This document shows positions 36,016 to 46,489 of a stretch of 64,000 nt of DNA, piece after piece. The stretch is from Salisapilia sapeloensis CBS 127946 (lineage: Eukaryota; Protista; Oomycota), in assembly GCA_023334545.1 (NCBI GenBank), contig JAADVB010000014.1:74679-138678 (forward strand), given 5' to 3'. The stretch's first letter is position 1; each line of letters starts with the position of its first letter. Position numbers and translations under genes: made by a program. Under the pieces are notes generated by a model. It ran no database searches, was not told the DNA's origin, and saw nothing but the letters and a program-made list of their open reading frames with translations.

Positions 36016-36213
36016 AAGTCTCGACATCCCTTACGAATCGTTATTGAACAAAATCATTTTCATGCACATAAGTTTTGTATTGGTACAAGTATCCGCTCGT
36101 GACAGATACGTCGTTCTTCTCATAGGTGTAGCAAAATGGTATAAGATCTAGATGGGTCAAACGGCAAACTACAATCTAGTAGCGTCAACTGACTCGTTGC
36201 GTTCCGAGTACAG

Positions 36214-37848
36214 TCAAGGTAGTGTCGCGCTACGTTCTGGTAGTTTGAACAGTTGCACCGGTTCCGCTCGATTCGAATTCTTGGTCGGCTCGTACATTCC
36301 GAGATGACCTCTTGTCGATGCGTTTTTGGAGGGAACGAAACCCACGATTTTGCTCGTGTCTTTCGAGCTTTGGAGGTAAAAGTTTGCATTCTCCGTGACT
36401 GGCAGGCCTTCTGGGACGCCACCGACCACAAATCGAGCGCGCTCATCCATCTTCGTACTGAAACGAAGCATACTCGACATTGTCTGTCGACGTAGCACAG
36501 ACCCGTCACTTCGGACGAGAGAGATGCGGTCACCGCCTCGAATGGCGCCGTCACGCGTGTGTCCGATGATCTTGAGCATCCAGTTCGCTTCTCGGGTGTT
36601 CGAAACGCGATGGCAGCGAACAGACTTAGACAGGATCTTGGCCTGCCGCTTCGTCCGGTTGGACACTTGCATCACCATCCCGGCGTTCGTGGTAAAAGCT
36701 AGCTGTAGCAGCTGACCGTTCTGCAGCACCGGTTCTTCCGTGACACCATCGACGTCAAGTGCATCACCGAGACTTAGCTTTTCGTCCTTATCTTCATCCA
36801 AATCGTCATTGTCTCCTTCCAAAAGGAAGTCGAACCCTGGGACGGACCAGTTGCGACGATGCGTACGGTTCGTTTGCGGCGCCATTTGCTCCCATGGCGA
36901 CGTATTTAACCGACGACGATTCCGCTTTTTCTTAGACGATGGCGGATCCTCCGTAACGCACCCTCTTGACGAGCGAAGCGTCGTGGGTGCATCGAGGTAC
37001 TGCGCGAACTTTGTCAGTCCATTCTGCTCTCGCCATTTTTCCATGTCCATTCCATTTTCCGATTCGATGCCGAGCATGGACGACATGGTCGACGCACTAG
37101 TCGAGTTGTCATCAATCCCATCGCTTTCCGATCCGAAGGACCGTGCTTCGAATGAGACCATGGAAGACGTGGGTGAAGACACTGGACTGATGCCTGTGAG
37201 CGTGTCGTTGGCAGTCGTGACGGTCGTATCACGAAGATCCATGACAATATCGTCCTTTTCGCTGATGTGCGTGTCGGACAGTTGGGATCGAGAGAATACA
37301 CCTTCGGCATCGCCGATCGTGCTGCGGTGTAACGGATTGTCGTCCTCCTTGTCGGACGCCATCAACGAGTCGGTCGAGTCGAGACGATAGAAGCCTTGTT
37401 GAGATAAAGTCCGGAGCTTGGGACTGCCACTGCCATTCGAACTGATGCTTACCTCTGGCTTGTCTTCAAGCTCAGACTCTGGCATGGTCATAGATGATTC
37501 CAAAAATCGCCGTGTGAGTCTTGAAAAAGGTTTTTTGTTTCCGTGTTTTGGTCCGACTGAGGTGACCACGTTCGCGGAAATCGAGTATCGTTGGCCGGCA
37601 TCGGTGCTAGCATCTTCTTCCGAGCTAGCAGAGACGTGGAGGCCAGGATCACTGGCGTAGTGCTTGGCGTATTCGTCGCCGACGATATTCGCCTTTTCAT
37701 TTCGAGACTCGAGTCGCATCGCTTGCATAAGCGAAGCCTCGGAGCTACAGGAGATGGTTTGTCGACGTTCCAAAGTGCGTTTCTGACGGATGGATCCGGT
37801 CGACGAGCTGCGTGTGAGTGCGACGGCTCGAGTGGTTTCTATGCCCAT
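36214..37848 (-). CDS. Hypothetical protein: long Ser/acidic disordered region + C-terminal beta-rich (MIR/beta-trefoil-like) domain
   Basis: Intronless 544-aa ORF with coding-like codon usage; the domain call is inference from three pseudo-repeats. Confidence 0.7.
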   Translation of the reverse strand: MGIETTRAVALTRSSSTGSIRQKRTLERRQTISCSSEASLMQAMRLESRNEKANIVGDEYAKHYASDPGLHVSASSEEDASTDAGQRYSISANVVTSVGPKHGNKKPFSRLTRRFLESSMTMPESELEDKPEVSISSNGSGSPKLRTLSQQGFYRLDSTDSLMASDKEDDNPLHRSTIGDAEGVFSRSQLSDTHISEKDDIVMDLRDTTVTTANDTLTGISPVSSPTSSMVSFEARSFGSESDGIDDNSTSASTMSSMLGIESENGMDMEKWREQNGLTKFAQYLDAPTTLRSSRGCVTEDPPSSKKKRNRRRLNTSPWEQMAPQTNRTHRRNWSVPGFDFLLEGDNDDLDEDKDEKLSLGDALDVDGVTEEPVLQNGQLLQLAFTTNAGMVMQVSNRTKRQAKILSKSVRCHRVSNTREANWMLKIIGHTRDGAIRGGDRISLVRSDGSVLRRQTMSSMLRFSTKMDERARFVVGGVPEGLPVTENANFYLQSSKDTSKIVGFVPSKNASTRGHLGMYEPTKNSNRAEPVQLFKLPERSATLP

Positions 37849-39005
37849 GTTGCCGCTGCCGGTGGCTATGTACTTGCGCTAGCGTTCGAATTCACGGACT
37901 GAAGTCACGATAGTACCACGCTCTGCGTTCCTACTCGCACAAACTCAAGTGATGGAAGAGTGGGTAAGCGGAGCGAGGTTTCGGTGGAAGCGAGCGGAAG
38001 AAAATTGTATGCGAGTGGAAACAGCAGCCACGCAAGCAAACCAATGTCTTCCTTCCCTGGACCTAGCAAGTGTCCTATGTTTCGACTCGAATGGTTTCGT
38101 CGAGAAATTTGTATCACGTGCCAAGTCAAGCCAGAGGGAGGTTGGAAGGCGTGCGCAACGCGGGTCAGGGCACCTATTCGCAGATTCGATCTGGGTGCTG
38201 CAGCAGGCTCCTCGCTATCTTGTTTCTGGTCTGGAAGAACGAAAATGGAGACATGATCGGATGGGAGAGGAGGACGTTGACGAGTACATCGAAAAGAGCA
38301 AGCGACGAAGAAAAACGAAGGAGGAGATATAACTGCCGACGAAGCCATGTCGATTGAACTTGACACGGCGGACTATTGGGGTTGTGGATCGTACGTCAAA
38401 TCTATGATAAATTTTACAAGTGATAGAGCATGGTCGGAAGGCGAAACGTCGTGCAACCCTTGGCAAGGAAGTTACGGTCGGAGGGAGGATGTGCTCGTAC
38501 GACGCACGTAGCAAACTAGAGCATGCGCCTTGTAACTGATGGTACGAAGTGCTGGGTGCAAGTGGGTACTTGGCTAAGCGTTGAAGAGAAATCCGAGGTG
38601 GGACCACACGCAAGAATATCCACTTTCGGTACGAGATGTGCAAGTCGCCGGTTCCGACGGCACAGTATCTTTGAACAAATTTTGCATCAGAGGCAAAAGG
38701 TCGTCATGGACACTGTCGGCATGTCATGTCCAACGATTGTACGTCAATTCGTTGAAGCGATACGTGGGAGCTGCCAGCTTGACGCAGCCATCACCACGAT
38801 TGTCTCGATCATAGTGGCTACCTCGACTCGTTCTGTCGTACTGGATAATACGATCCGTACAAACAGCCTATACTAATCGACGAAATGTTTGCACATTTAA
38901 AAACAAGAGAAAAATGGTCACGCGATCGTGTTTTCATCCTACTCTAGTCGAATGCAGTAGGCTATATTCTCTTCACTCGACACAGACTTTCGCATTGACT
39001 CGTGC

Positions 39006-39365
39006 TTATTCGCTGAGCTTGCCCAGGATGTCATCGTCACGGAAGAGGTGGAAGTCCTGTCCTTCGAGCTTGACGACGCTGCCGCCGTACTCTGGCAGCA
39101 AGACCTTGTCACCGACGGCGCTCTGAGGAGCGATGAGGGATCCTTCCGTCGATCGGAGGCCAGGTCCGACGGCCACGACTTCACCTTCGTTGCCCTGCTT
39201 TTCCGACTCGGGCAAGTAGATGCCACCAGCGGTCTTGGCGACGGCCTCGACCTTTTTCACCAAGACACGGTTGCCAAAGGGAACTAGCTTACGGAGTGCA
39301 GAGGTCTATATCACACATATACGTTAGATGTGGCGAGGTAGAACGAGACGGAGGATGCTCACCAT
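39006..39365 (-). CDS. HSPE1: Mitochondrial co-chaperonin Cpn10/HSP10 (GroES); exon 1 contributes only the ATG
   Basis: ATG, then a 57-nt intron (39306-39362), then TSALRKLVPFGNRVLVKK..KTAGGIYLPE..VVAVGPG..VGDKVLLPEYGG..FRDDDILGKL. Confidence 0.97.
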
Positions 39366-39542
39366 GTTCACTTGCTGTTAGATTGATTTGTCCTGCAAAC
39401 GATCTATGGCGGCAAATTAAGTAACAAAAGCCTCGGTCGCTTCTTGTCATTAAAATATAGCACTCGTCCGAAGAGATATATGCGATGCGTACCATCTTTG
39501 TACCGACCAGCTATCGAACATGCACCAGCAAAGTTCGAGAAC

Positions 39543-40656
39543 ATGTCGGTACCGAGTAAGATCGACGGCGCGAAGCCGAAGAAGGTGTACATGCACTATG
39601 AGGAAGGTGCGGAGGAGAACCACTTGACGCTCAAGATGACCTTGCCGTCCAAGTGGGCTGGTCACAGCGTTGACTACCTTCGAGATGTACGTCCTTTGGT
39701 AAGATACGTTCCGACAGTCGGATGCCTGACACTTGTGTTCATAGTTCTTCGTCGAGCATTACAATGGCAAGAAGGCAGACAATCAGTTGACGCCAGCAGA
39801 GTATCATTTAGAGAAGAAGGGCAATCGTATGCTCTTTGGAGACGAGCTGCTGCACACTGCCGTCGAAAAGTACGATGACTTGTTCCTCAAGCAAGGTATG
39901 TGCTATCCTCCTCTTCCATTCGTCCAGTAGCTCATGCAATTCCCATAGGTGAATCTCCTCAGCAGCCGACGGAAGAAGAAGGTAGCAAAACTACTTTCCT
40001 GTCATCAGATACAATGCTAAACCTCATGTGTAGCTAGCAAGCCGGAGGTGGAGGAAGCTGGACTTATTCGTTGTCGCAACCACGGATGCCAGCAAAAGTT
40101 CCGGGAGGAGGAGAACCACGACGAGGCGTGCCACCACCACGTCCAGCCGCCTCTCTTCCACGACATGAAGAAAGGATGGCAGTGCTGCCCGAATAAGATG
40201 GTGTACGACTGGGACGAGTTCGAGCAGATCCCGACATGCACTGTCGGACGGCACTCGGCCGAAGAGCCGACGACGCTCTTCGCTAAGTCGCCCACCGTCC
40301 TCGCAGCGGAGGAGGCGAAGAACGCTCCGGAGCAGCCAGCGCCGACGCTCAAGTCCATCGACACATACAACGCCGCCAACCCGGACGCTGTTACAGCAGT
40401 CTCGAGCGCGTCGACGGCCAAGCCCAAGGCGAAGCGGACGGACGGCAAGGCCCAGTGCATCAATTTTGGCTGCCAGCAAGAGTACGTCGTGGCGGAGAAC
40501 ACTGACACGAGCTGCGTCCACCACACCGGTCCACCCGTTTTCCACGACGCTGGCAAGTACTGGACGTGCTGCCCGAACAAGGTCAAGTACGACTTCGAAG
40601 AGTTCCTCCAGATCCCTGGGTGTGCCACGTCTGCGCATACGGACGCCAAGGAATAG
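39543..40656 (+). CDS. Tandem CHORD zinc-binding protein with an N-terminal ubiquitin-like domain and no CS domain (4 exons)
   Basis: Two CHORDs: CRNHGCQQKF..ACHHHVQPPLFHDMKKGWQCC and CINFGCQQEY..CVHHTGPPVFHDAGKYWTCC. The 5' exons encode about 95 aa (KKVYMHYE..LTLKMTLPSKW..FFVEHYN). Confidence 0.9.
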
Positions 40657-40704
40657 AATTCAAAAAGAGTTTCTATTGAAAATACAAGAGCCTACGAGAG
40701 AAAA

Positions 40705-41268
40705 TCACATGATCGTGCATTGCTTCTTGCTGCCGAGACCCTTGGGCTGATACTTTTCCAAGTATTTGAGCTGACGTAGGTTGATGGCTCCTCGTCGGTA
40801 CTTGCGGATATGCTCCACGGCGTTGATCGGGTCTAGACCGTACTCGATGAGTGCAATCGCCACGAGTACTGGTGCTCTGGAGGAAGGTTTAGTATACAGA
40901 GGGGGGTTGATGTAGAGATAGACGTACCTGCCGAGACCAGCGACGCAGTGTACGGCTATACTCTTGTTGTCCCTGTTATTGGGCGTATTGTCCTTGAAGG
41001 TGCTGGTGACGAGAGAGAGCCACTGGTCGAGGATCTCAGATCCAGGCGGATCTCCGTCCGGGAACTCGAGCTCATGGACTTGAATGCCAGCAGCTTCGAC
41101 ACTGGCTCGATTGTACGTGACTTCACAGGCGCGTACGAGGTGCGTGACGTTGTGCTTTTTCAACTCCTTGAGGTACAAGTGGAGATTACTGTCCGTGGGT
41201 GCATCCATGATGACAAAGGATAGGTGCTCCCATACGACGAGCGTGGGTTTATTAGAAGGTGCGATCAT
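40705..41268 (-). CDS. PTP4A: PRL/PTP4A-type prenylated protein tyrosine phosphatase (2 exons)
   Basis: FVIMDAPTDSNL, FPDGDPP, IAVHCVAGLGR-APVLVAIALIE, RRGAIN and C-terminal CAAX (CTIM*). 51-nt intron at 40877-40927. Confidence 0.96.
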   Translation of the reverse strand: MIAPSNKPTLVVWEHLSFVIMDAPTDSNLHLYLKELKKHNVTHLVRACEVTYNRASVEAAGIQVHELEFPDGDPPGSEILDQWLSLVTSTFKDNTPNNRDNKSIAVHCVAGLGRYVYLYINPPLYTKPSSRAPVLVAIALIEYGLDPINAVEHIRKYRRGAINLRQLKYLEKYQPKGLGSKKQCTIM

Positions 41269-41790
41269 TTTTAAAGTAGAAAGTAGTAGAATAGGCGCGG
41301 TAAATTGGCAGTGAGTGCTTTATCCCATTCGGGGTTGACACAGATCGAGAGAGGTGACGACCGACGCACGTTGCCACTCCCAGAGCCTGTGGACGCGTCG
41401 ACGCCAGGCGTTGGAGAAAGAGTGGTAGGAAGACGTCGTGCTGATGACGAAGTCCAGGATCCGCGAAAGGGCCGGAGAGAGAGAGCGCTCGAGAAACGAG
41501 CGACCGAGGGGGTACGAGACGGACTTGCACAAGCCGTTCGCCTTCTTTTTATAAATTTCTTCTGACCTGCCGCGATTCGACTTGCTTTCGCTATTGGCAC
41601 TGTAGAGTGAAGGCATTTGGCACCACCAATCGCAAGGGGCCTGATGGGGGAAGCGTCTCGTATGACATATTCGGCATGGTACACGTACGGTATACGCCAC
41701 GGGCCAAATGGTGCCAGCACAGAGATTCAGTTTCGAGTCAAGCGATACGTACTGGGCTGCTTGTGTCCATTTCCAATCTGCATCGGGATC

Positions 41791-43105
41791 ATGGGCTCTT
41801 GCTTGACAAAGTACACGCCGGAACAGGATATGGGTAAGGAGCTCGAGTACGAGCTCAATGCAACCAGTCGGAAGCAGAGACAGGACAATGCCACGACGTT
41901 CGGCAGCACCTCGCTCTTGGCAGTACGTCTTGTTTTCTCGAGCTGGATCAGATTTACACATATATTGACTGTGGTATTAGGCAGATGAAGTGGTTTGCCA
42001 TGAAGAGATTGGCAATGGACCGTTCGGACCGGTCTTTAAGGGCACGTATCGAGGCAGTGATGTCGCAGTAAAAAAGATGAAGATTAGCCGACCAGATAGA
42101 GGTCAAGGTCAGGGCGACATGGAAATGGACCTTAGTCTCCATGTCTCTCGCATGGGCAGGTACATGCTATCTATCCTATGACTTACGAACGCGGCTGACC
42201 GATGCTCTAGTCTGCGTCATCCGAACATTGTTCTCTTCATGGGTGCTTGTCTTCAAGGATCCTACTTTTGCATCGTCAATGAGTACTGCGCCAGACGCTC
42301 TCTCTACGACATCATACATGCACCTCCGTCATCCTCTTCACCTCCACCGGAGAAGGAAGAATCGTCCGAACCATCTTCCCAGAAGCACCATCGTCGCGTC
42401 ACGCTCAAGTGGAAAGACCGGATCAACCTCGCTCTGTCAGCGGCGAGAGGACTTGTCTTCTTGCACAGCGCAGATGCACCTCTAGTACACGGCCATCTCA
42501 AGAGCTCTAACATTCTCGTCATTGATCGATCGACTGCTAAAATCGACTACGGTATGCGCAACGTCGCAGAAGCGCTCGGAGCAGTCTATCCAAATGATCA
42601 TCTGCAAGACCCGTCATCTTACGATACACTCCACCGATGGACAGCACCAGAGCTGTGGAGACAAGGAGAAGAAAAGGTTCGACAAGGAATCGTCCCGACC
42701 GGCCTCGCCTGTCCTCAAGCAGCAGACATTTACTCGTTCGGCATCATCATGTACGAATTGCTGACAGAACAGATTCCATTCGCAGAGGTAGAAAACAATC
42801 GCGAGTTGAGAAGTCACATTGCTTCGTGCAACCGACCGGACCTGTCCAAGTATTCGAAGAACTCGAATTGGAAGGAGTTGATGACAAGGTGTTGGGCGCA
42901 ATCGCCGACGCGTCGTCCGTCGGCGCAGGAGCTCGTAAGTGTGTTGGAAAGCATTAAAGCAGACGAGTTGGAGAAAAAGAACAAGGGTAAACAGGACGTG
43001 AAGGCTGTGAATAGCAACCGAGCAGATTACATGTACGCAGATCGACCACGGTCCAAGTCGAAACCAAAGTCCAAGTTCACTACCAACGTCCGCATCGCTA
43101 CATAG
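41791..43105 (+). CDS. TKL-group kinase-like protein, probable pseudokinase, with N-terminal myristoylation/palmitoylation motif (3 exons)
   Basis: MGSCLTK; IGNGPFGPVFKGTYRGSDVAVK; LRHPNIVLFMGAC; HGHLKSSN in place of HRDLKxxN; KIDYG; WTAPEL; DIYSFGI; CWAQSPTRRPS. Confidence 0.88.
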
Positions 43106-43190
43106 AGTTTCCTTCCGCCGGTTGTCGTCCAGTTTTGTCCTTTTGGAAAAAGATAGTTTCGTTCGGGAAAGAATAAAAACAAAAAACGTT

Positions 43191-44093
43191 TTATTGCTCG
43201 TATGCTGGGAGGTTCGGGTTGATGGCCCGCATCATGATAGAGATGCGTCGAGTCCGATGGACGGGCGTGTCTTGCTTAAACACTTGGTCACCCGGCAGAA
43301 TCTCGTGCGTGTAATTGTATCGAACGCGACCTCTGTATCCTAGATTAGTGCGCGTGACAATGGAATTTGATACAAGAGACGTACGTCATCATGTAAAGCG
43401 AGCGGCGACTGAGATGCAGATCTATTTGGTTGTCGGCGTCTTCTTCTCGGAAGCGCATAATGCTAGGAGATAACAGACTCAGACCGGCTACTACCTGCCC
43501 AGAGAACTAAGGTATGATAGAATTAGACTTTTTGAATAAGAAATTGGTCGCAGTGTGGATACTTTGACGGCATCAACATGAGGCATTATATACCCGTCTG
43601 CAGCGAGATCGATGACGTGGTACGAGTCCTTGTACTCATACTCGGTCGGAAAAATGGTTGCATCTCGCACTCTCTCCAGTATTTTTCTCGTTTCTACAAT
43701 TTGTCGTGTTATTGACGCACGATACGATTGTTTTCATCTGCATCTACCGTCACTCCATTGATGAGGCATTCGCTCGGTTTCCTTGTACTTGACAATCACC
43801 TGATCCCAATGGTCTTTTTGAAGACGTCGCTTCTTCATGATACGAGTACATTCTTCTGCAATAAATTGCTCTTCTTCCGGAGTGACGACGCCTTCTAATA
43901 GTTGCAAGTCGCTCTCTTGCACGTGAGGATCATGGCATTGAGAAGCATCCAGCCCCTCAATACTTGCCCATGGCTGGACCAGGCACTTTCTTCCAGGTTC
44001 TGACACAGATAGTACGCTATATTCTTTGCATCGAGCCATTGAATGCATTGAAAATAGCCTTCTAGGCCGCAGTAGCATCCTCTTGGCGTACAT
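43191..44093 (-). CDS. ALKBH7: AlkB homolog 7, mitochondrial Fe(II)/2-oxoglutarate dioxygenase (4 exons)
   Basis: [76 protein letters not shown]. Confidence 0.92.
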
Positions 44094-44199
44094 GATAGCT
44101 CGAAAATGGGCTTTTGCGTTTTCTTGTTACACTCGCGTGAGTTGTACCGTGATGGTACCATATAAACGTATTTTAAATGTATATACAATTTCCAACCAA

Positions 44200-45083
44200 T
44201 CAAAAGTATGTGTCTATATCTTGCGGAGGCGTTATCAGGTGCACATGGATCGATTGTGCCTGGTAGGTCGCGTCTAAGTGCTCGTGCGGTACCTCTTTGA
44301 TGGTAAAGTGGTTTTGCAGCAAGATAGCAAAGAACGAAGATCCTCGGTCGCCAGCGAAGCGTGCTTCGTGTGCGGAGATAATGACGGTGTTGGGTTGACT
44401 CAAGCTTTGGATGGTAGTCGCAAGCTGTTTCGACGTTGTTTCATCCCCGTACACCAGATCCGAGCACAGGATAACATCGAATGGTTCCTTGAATTGATCT
44501 AGATAATCGCTTTCACCCCACATGAGACACTGCGCCTGCATATGTGTATCATGTGCAAACAGCTTGATGTTTTCCTCCACGTTCGCGCGTATCCAAGGCA
44601 CGGCCTCTTCCTACAGGCATCAATGAGCATATTGTCGAGTAATATAAGCTAGAAACGTACGAAGTCCGTGAGGACTACTTGAGCAGCTCCTAATGCACCT
44701 GCCGCCATTCCAGGTACGCCGATACCACAGCCCAACTCGATAACTCGCTTGCCCTTAAAGTAGTCAAGATTGAAATACTCGACACACGCGAGAAACTTGG
44801 CCAACACCAATGCGCAGTCCCACACTTTTGCTTGCTGCCCTTGCTTTTCTTTAAATATAAGCTCGACTCCATCATGTAGCTGCAATTTGCCATAACGCAC
44901 ATCGTCCGTATCGTTTCCAGTCACGTGGCTCTGTCTTGCCCGTAGTCCCCATGACCGTTCGGTATACTGCTTTAGCAGTTCGTTTGCTTCGGCCTGCTTT
45001 CGCTGCTGCTCCTCCGAGTCCTCAAATAAGTTCTCTGCAGCTATGCGACTGAAAAAGTCTTCCTCATCACTGCTGTCGGACAT
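44200..45083 (-). CDS. METTL21-family (Methyltransf_16) protein-lysine methyltransferase (2 exons)
   Basis: KVWDCALVLAKFL, KRVIELGCGIGVPG, VVLTD, LMWGE, FDVILCSDLVY. Substrate cannot be assigned from sequence. Confidence 0.92.
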
Positions 45084-45169
45084 TGGTCTTATGGCGATAG
45101 AACGAATATGAAAACGAATACATGATGATGGCTGGACGGCATCCATCCGCTAACTTCAAAGGAAGCAGC

Positions 45170-46219
45170 ATGACCGAGACGATCGCTACTTTTGATACGA
45201 TCGAGACGGCGGACTGTGTCGAGGCATGTCCCATTGTCAACTACGAATCCACGATGATTGCAGCTACCTATCAGCTCCACAAGGGTCAAGGTGAAGCGTC
45301 GGACATTCGTTCCGGTACGCTCCAGCGGTATGAAGTGGCTTACGACAGCGACGATGCCGTATCGGTGCAACATGCAGAAACGATCAAGACTGAAAGTGGT
45401 GTGTTTGATATTAAATGGTGTCCTACGATGCTATCTGCACGCCCGACGATCGTCGCAGCGACTGCTTCGGGGGCTTTGGAAATGTACAGCTTACAGGATG
45501 ATCATAAGCTATCGCGAACGTGCATCACTGTAGCGAAGGAAGATTCGATGTGTCTATCTCTCGACTGGAGTAACCGTGTCGACAAGTCGCTCGATCCGTC
45601 AATTAGCGTCAGCCACTCGGACGGGTATCTCTCCATGTGGCGCATACAGGATGCAGAGTTACGAGAAGTACGTCGATGGCAAGCACACGAGCTCTTCGGG
45701 AGTCCAATCGAGGCCTGGATCACAGCCTTTCACTGTCATGATCCGAACATACTGTACTCTGGCGCTGACGACGCCTGCCTGAAAGGCTGGGATGAGCGCA
45801 TGCCAGACGTGCCGACGTTCCAGAACCGACGTCAGCACACAATGGGTGTGTGCAGTATCCAATCGCATCCGCATCAAGAGCACACATTGGCGGTTGGTAG
45901 CTACGATGAGAGTATAAGTATCTGGGATACGCGATCCATGAAGACGCCAGTGGCTACAGCGTCGACTGGTGGAGGCGTGTGGCGATTGAAGTGGCATCCA
46001 CGAAAGCAAGAGCAGTTGCTCGCTGCGTGCATGCACAACAATTTCCAGATTTTGGATGTCGACAATGAAATGCAAGTGGTGAGTCAACACGACGGCCATG
46101 ATTCATTGGCATACGGCGTCGACTGGTGGCAGCACCCATCCTCCTTAAGCTCTCCTCGACCGGTCGTCGGCAGCGCGTCCTTCTACGATCATCGCTTCCA
46201 GCTCTGGCGATCTTGTTGA
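45170..46219 (+). CDS. DPH7: Diphthine methylesterase DPH7/WDR85 (WD40)
   Basis: ADCVEACP, IAATYQL, GVFDIKW, MCLSLDW, EAWITAF, LYSGADD, HTMGVCSI, GSYDE, GGGVWRLKWHP, LAACMH, HDSLAYGVDW, SASFYDH. Confidence 0.92.
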   Translation: MTETIATFDTIETADCVEACPIVNYESTMIAATYQLHKGQGEASDIRSGTLQRYEVAYDSDDAVSVQHAETIKTESGVFDIKWCPTMLSARPTIVAATASGALEMYSLQDDHKLSRTCITVAKEDSMCLSLDWSNRVDKSLDPSISVSHSDGYLSMWRIQDAELREVRRWQAHELFGSPIEAWITAFHCHDPNILYSGADDACLKGWDERMPDVPTFQNRRQHTMGVCSIQSHPHQEHTLAVGSYDESISIWDTRSMKTPVATASTGGGVWRLKWHPRKQEQLLAACMHNNFQILDVDNEMQVVSQHDGHDSLAYGVDWWQHPSSLSSPRPVVGSASFYDHRFQLWRSC

Positions 46220-46294
46220 ACTTGCGTCGCCCCGTCCCTTCTTTCTTTCCAGTAGCTTTCATTTCCTAAAAATAGTACAGAGCGTAAAGAGGCC

Positions 46295-46489
46295 ATGGCG
46301 ATTGCAGTGCACGCGAGAAAGCTCAAGTCGCTGACTGGATGGCCGGTCGGTCCACTCTTACTAGTCCCGCTGACCTTGTCATCCTTCGTGTTCCTCCGCC
46401 AGCCATCTCGACGACGCTTTCAGCCAAGAAAGTTGCATGTTGCGTTGGAGGAAGAGCACGGCCGTAAACCGTGGAGAGGAACTCGTTGA
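46295..46489 (+). CDS. Possible 64-aa small ORF with a hydrophobic segment
   Basis: GCCATGG start context; GWPVGPLLLVPLTLSSFVFL followed by basic residues. No homology recognised. Confidence 0.25.
   Translation: MAIAVHARKLKSLTGWPVGPLLLVPLTLSSFVFLRQPSRRRFQPRKLHVALEEEHGRKPWRGTR

Noticed and set aside
40017-40649. Long antisense ORFs over highly expressed genes (e.g. 40017-40649, 36740-37390, 56706-57287)
   Set aside because: These are shadow ORFs produced by the GC3/codon bias of the real gene on the other strand; their translations have no protein-like features.
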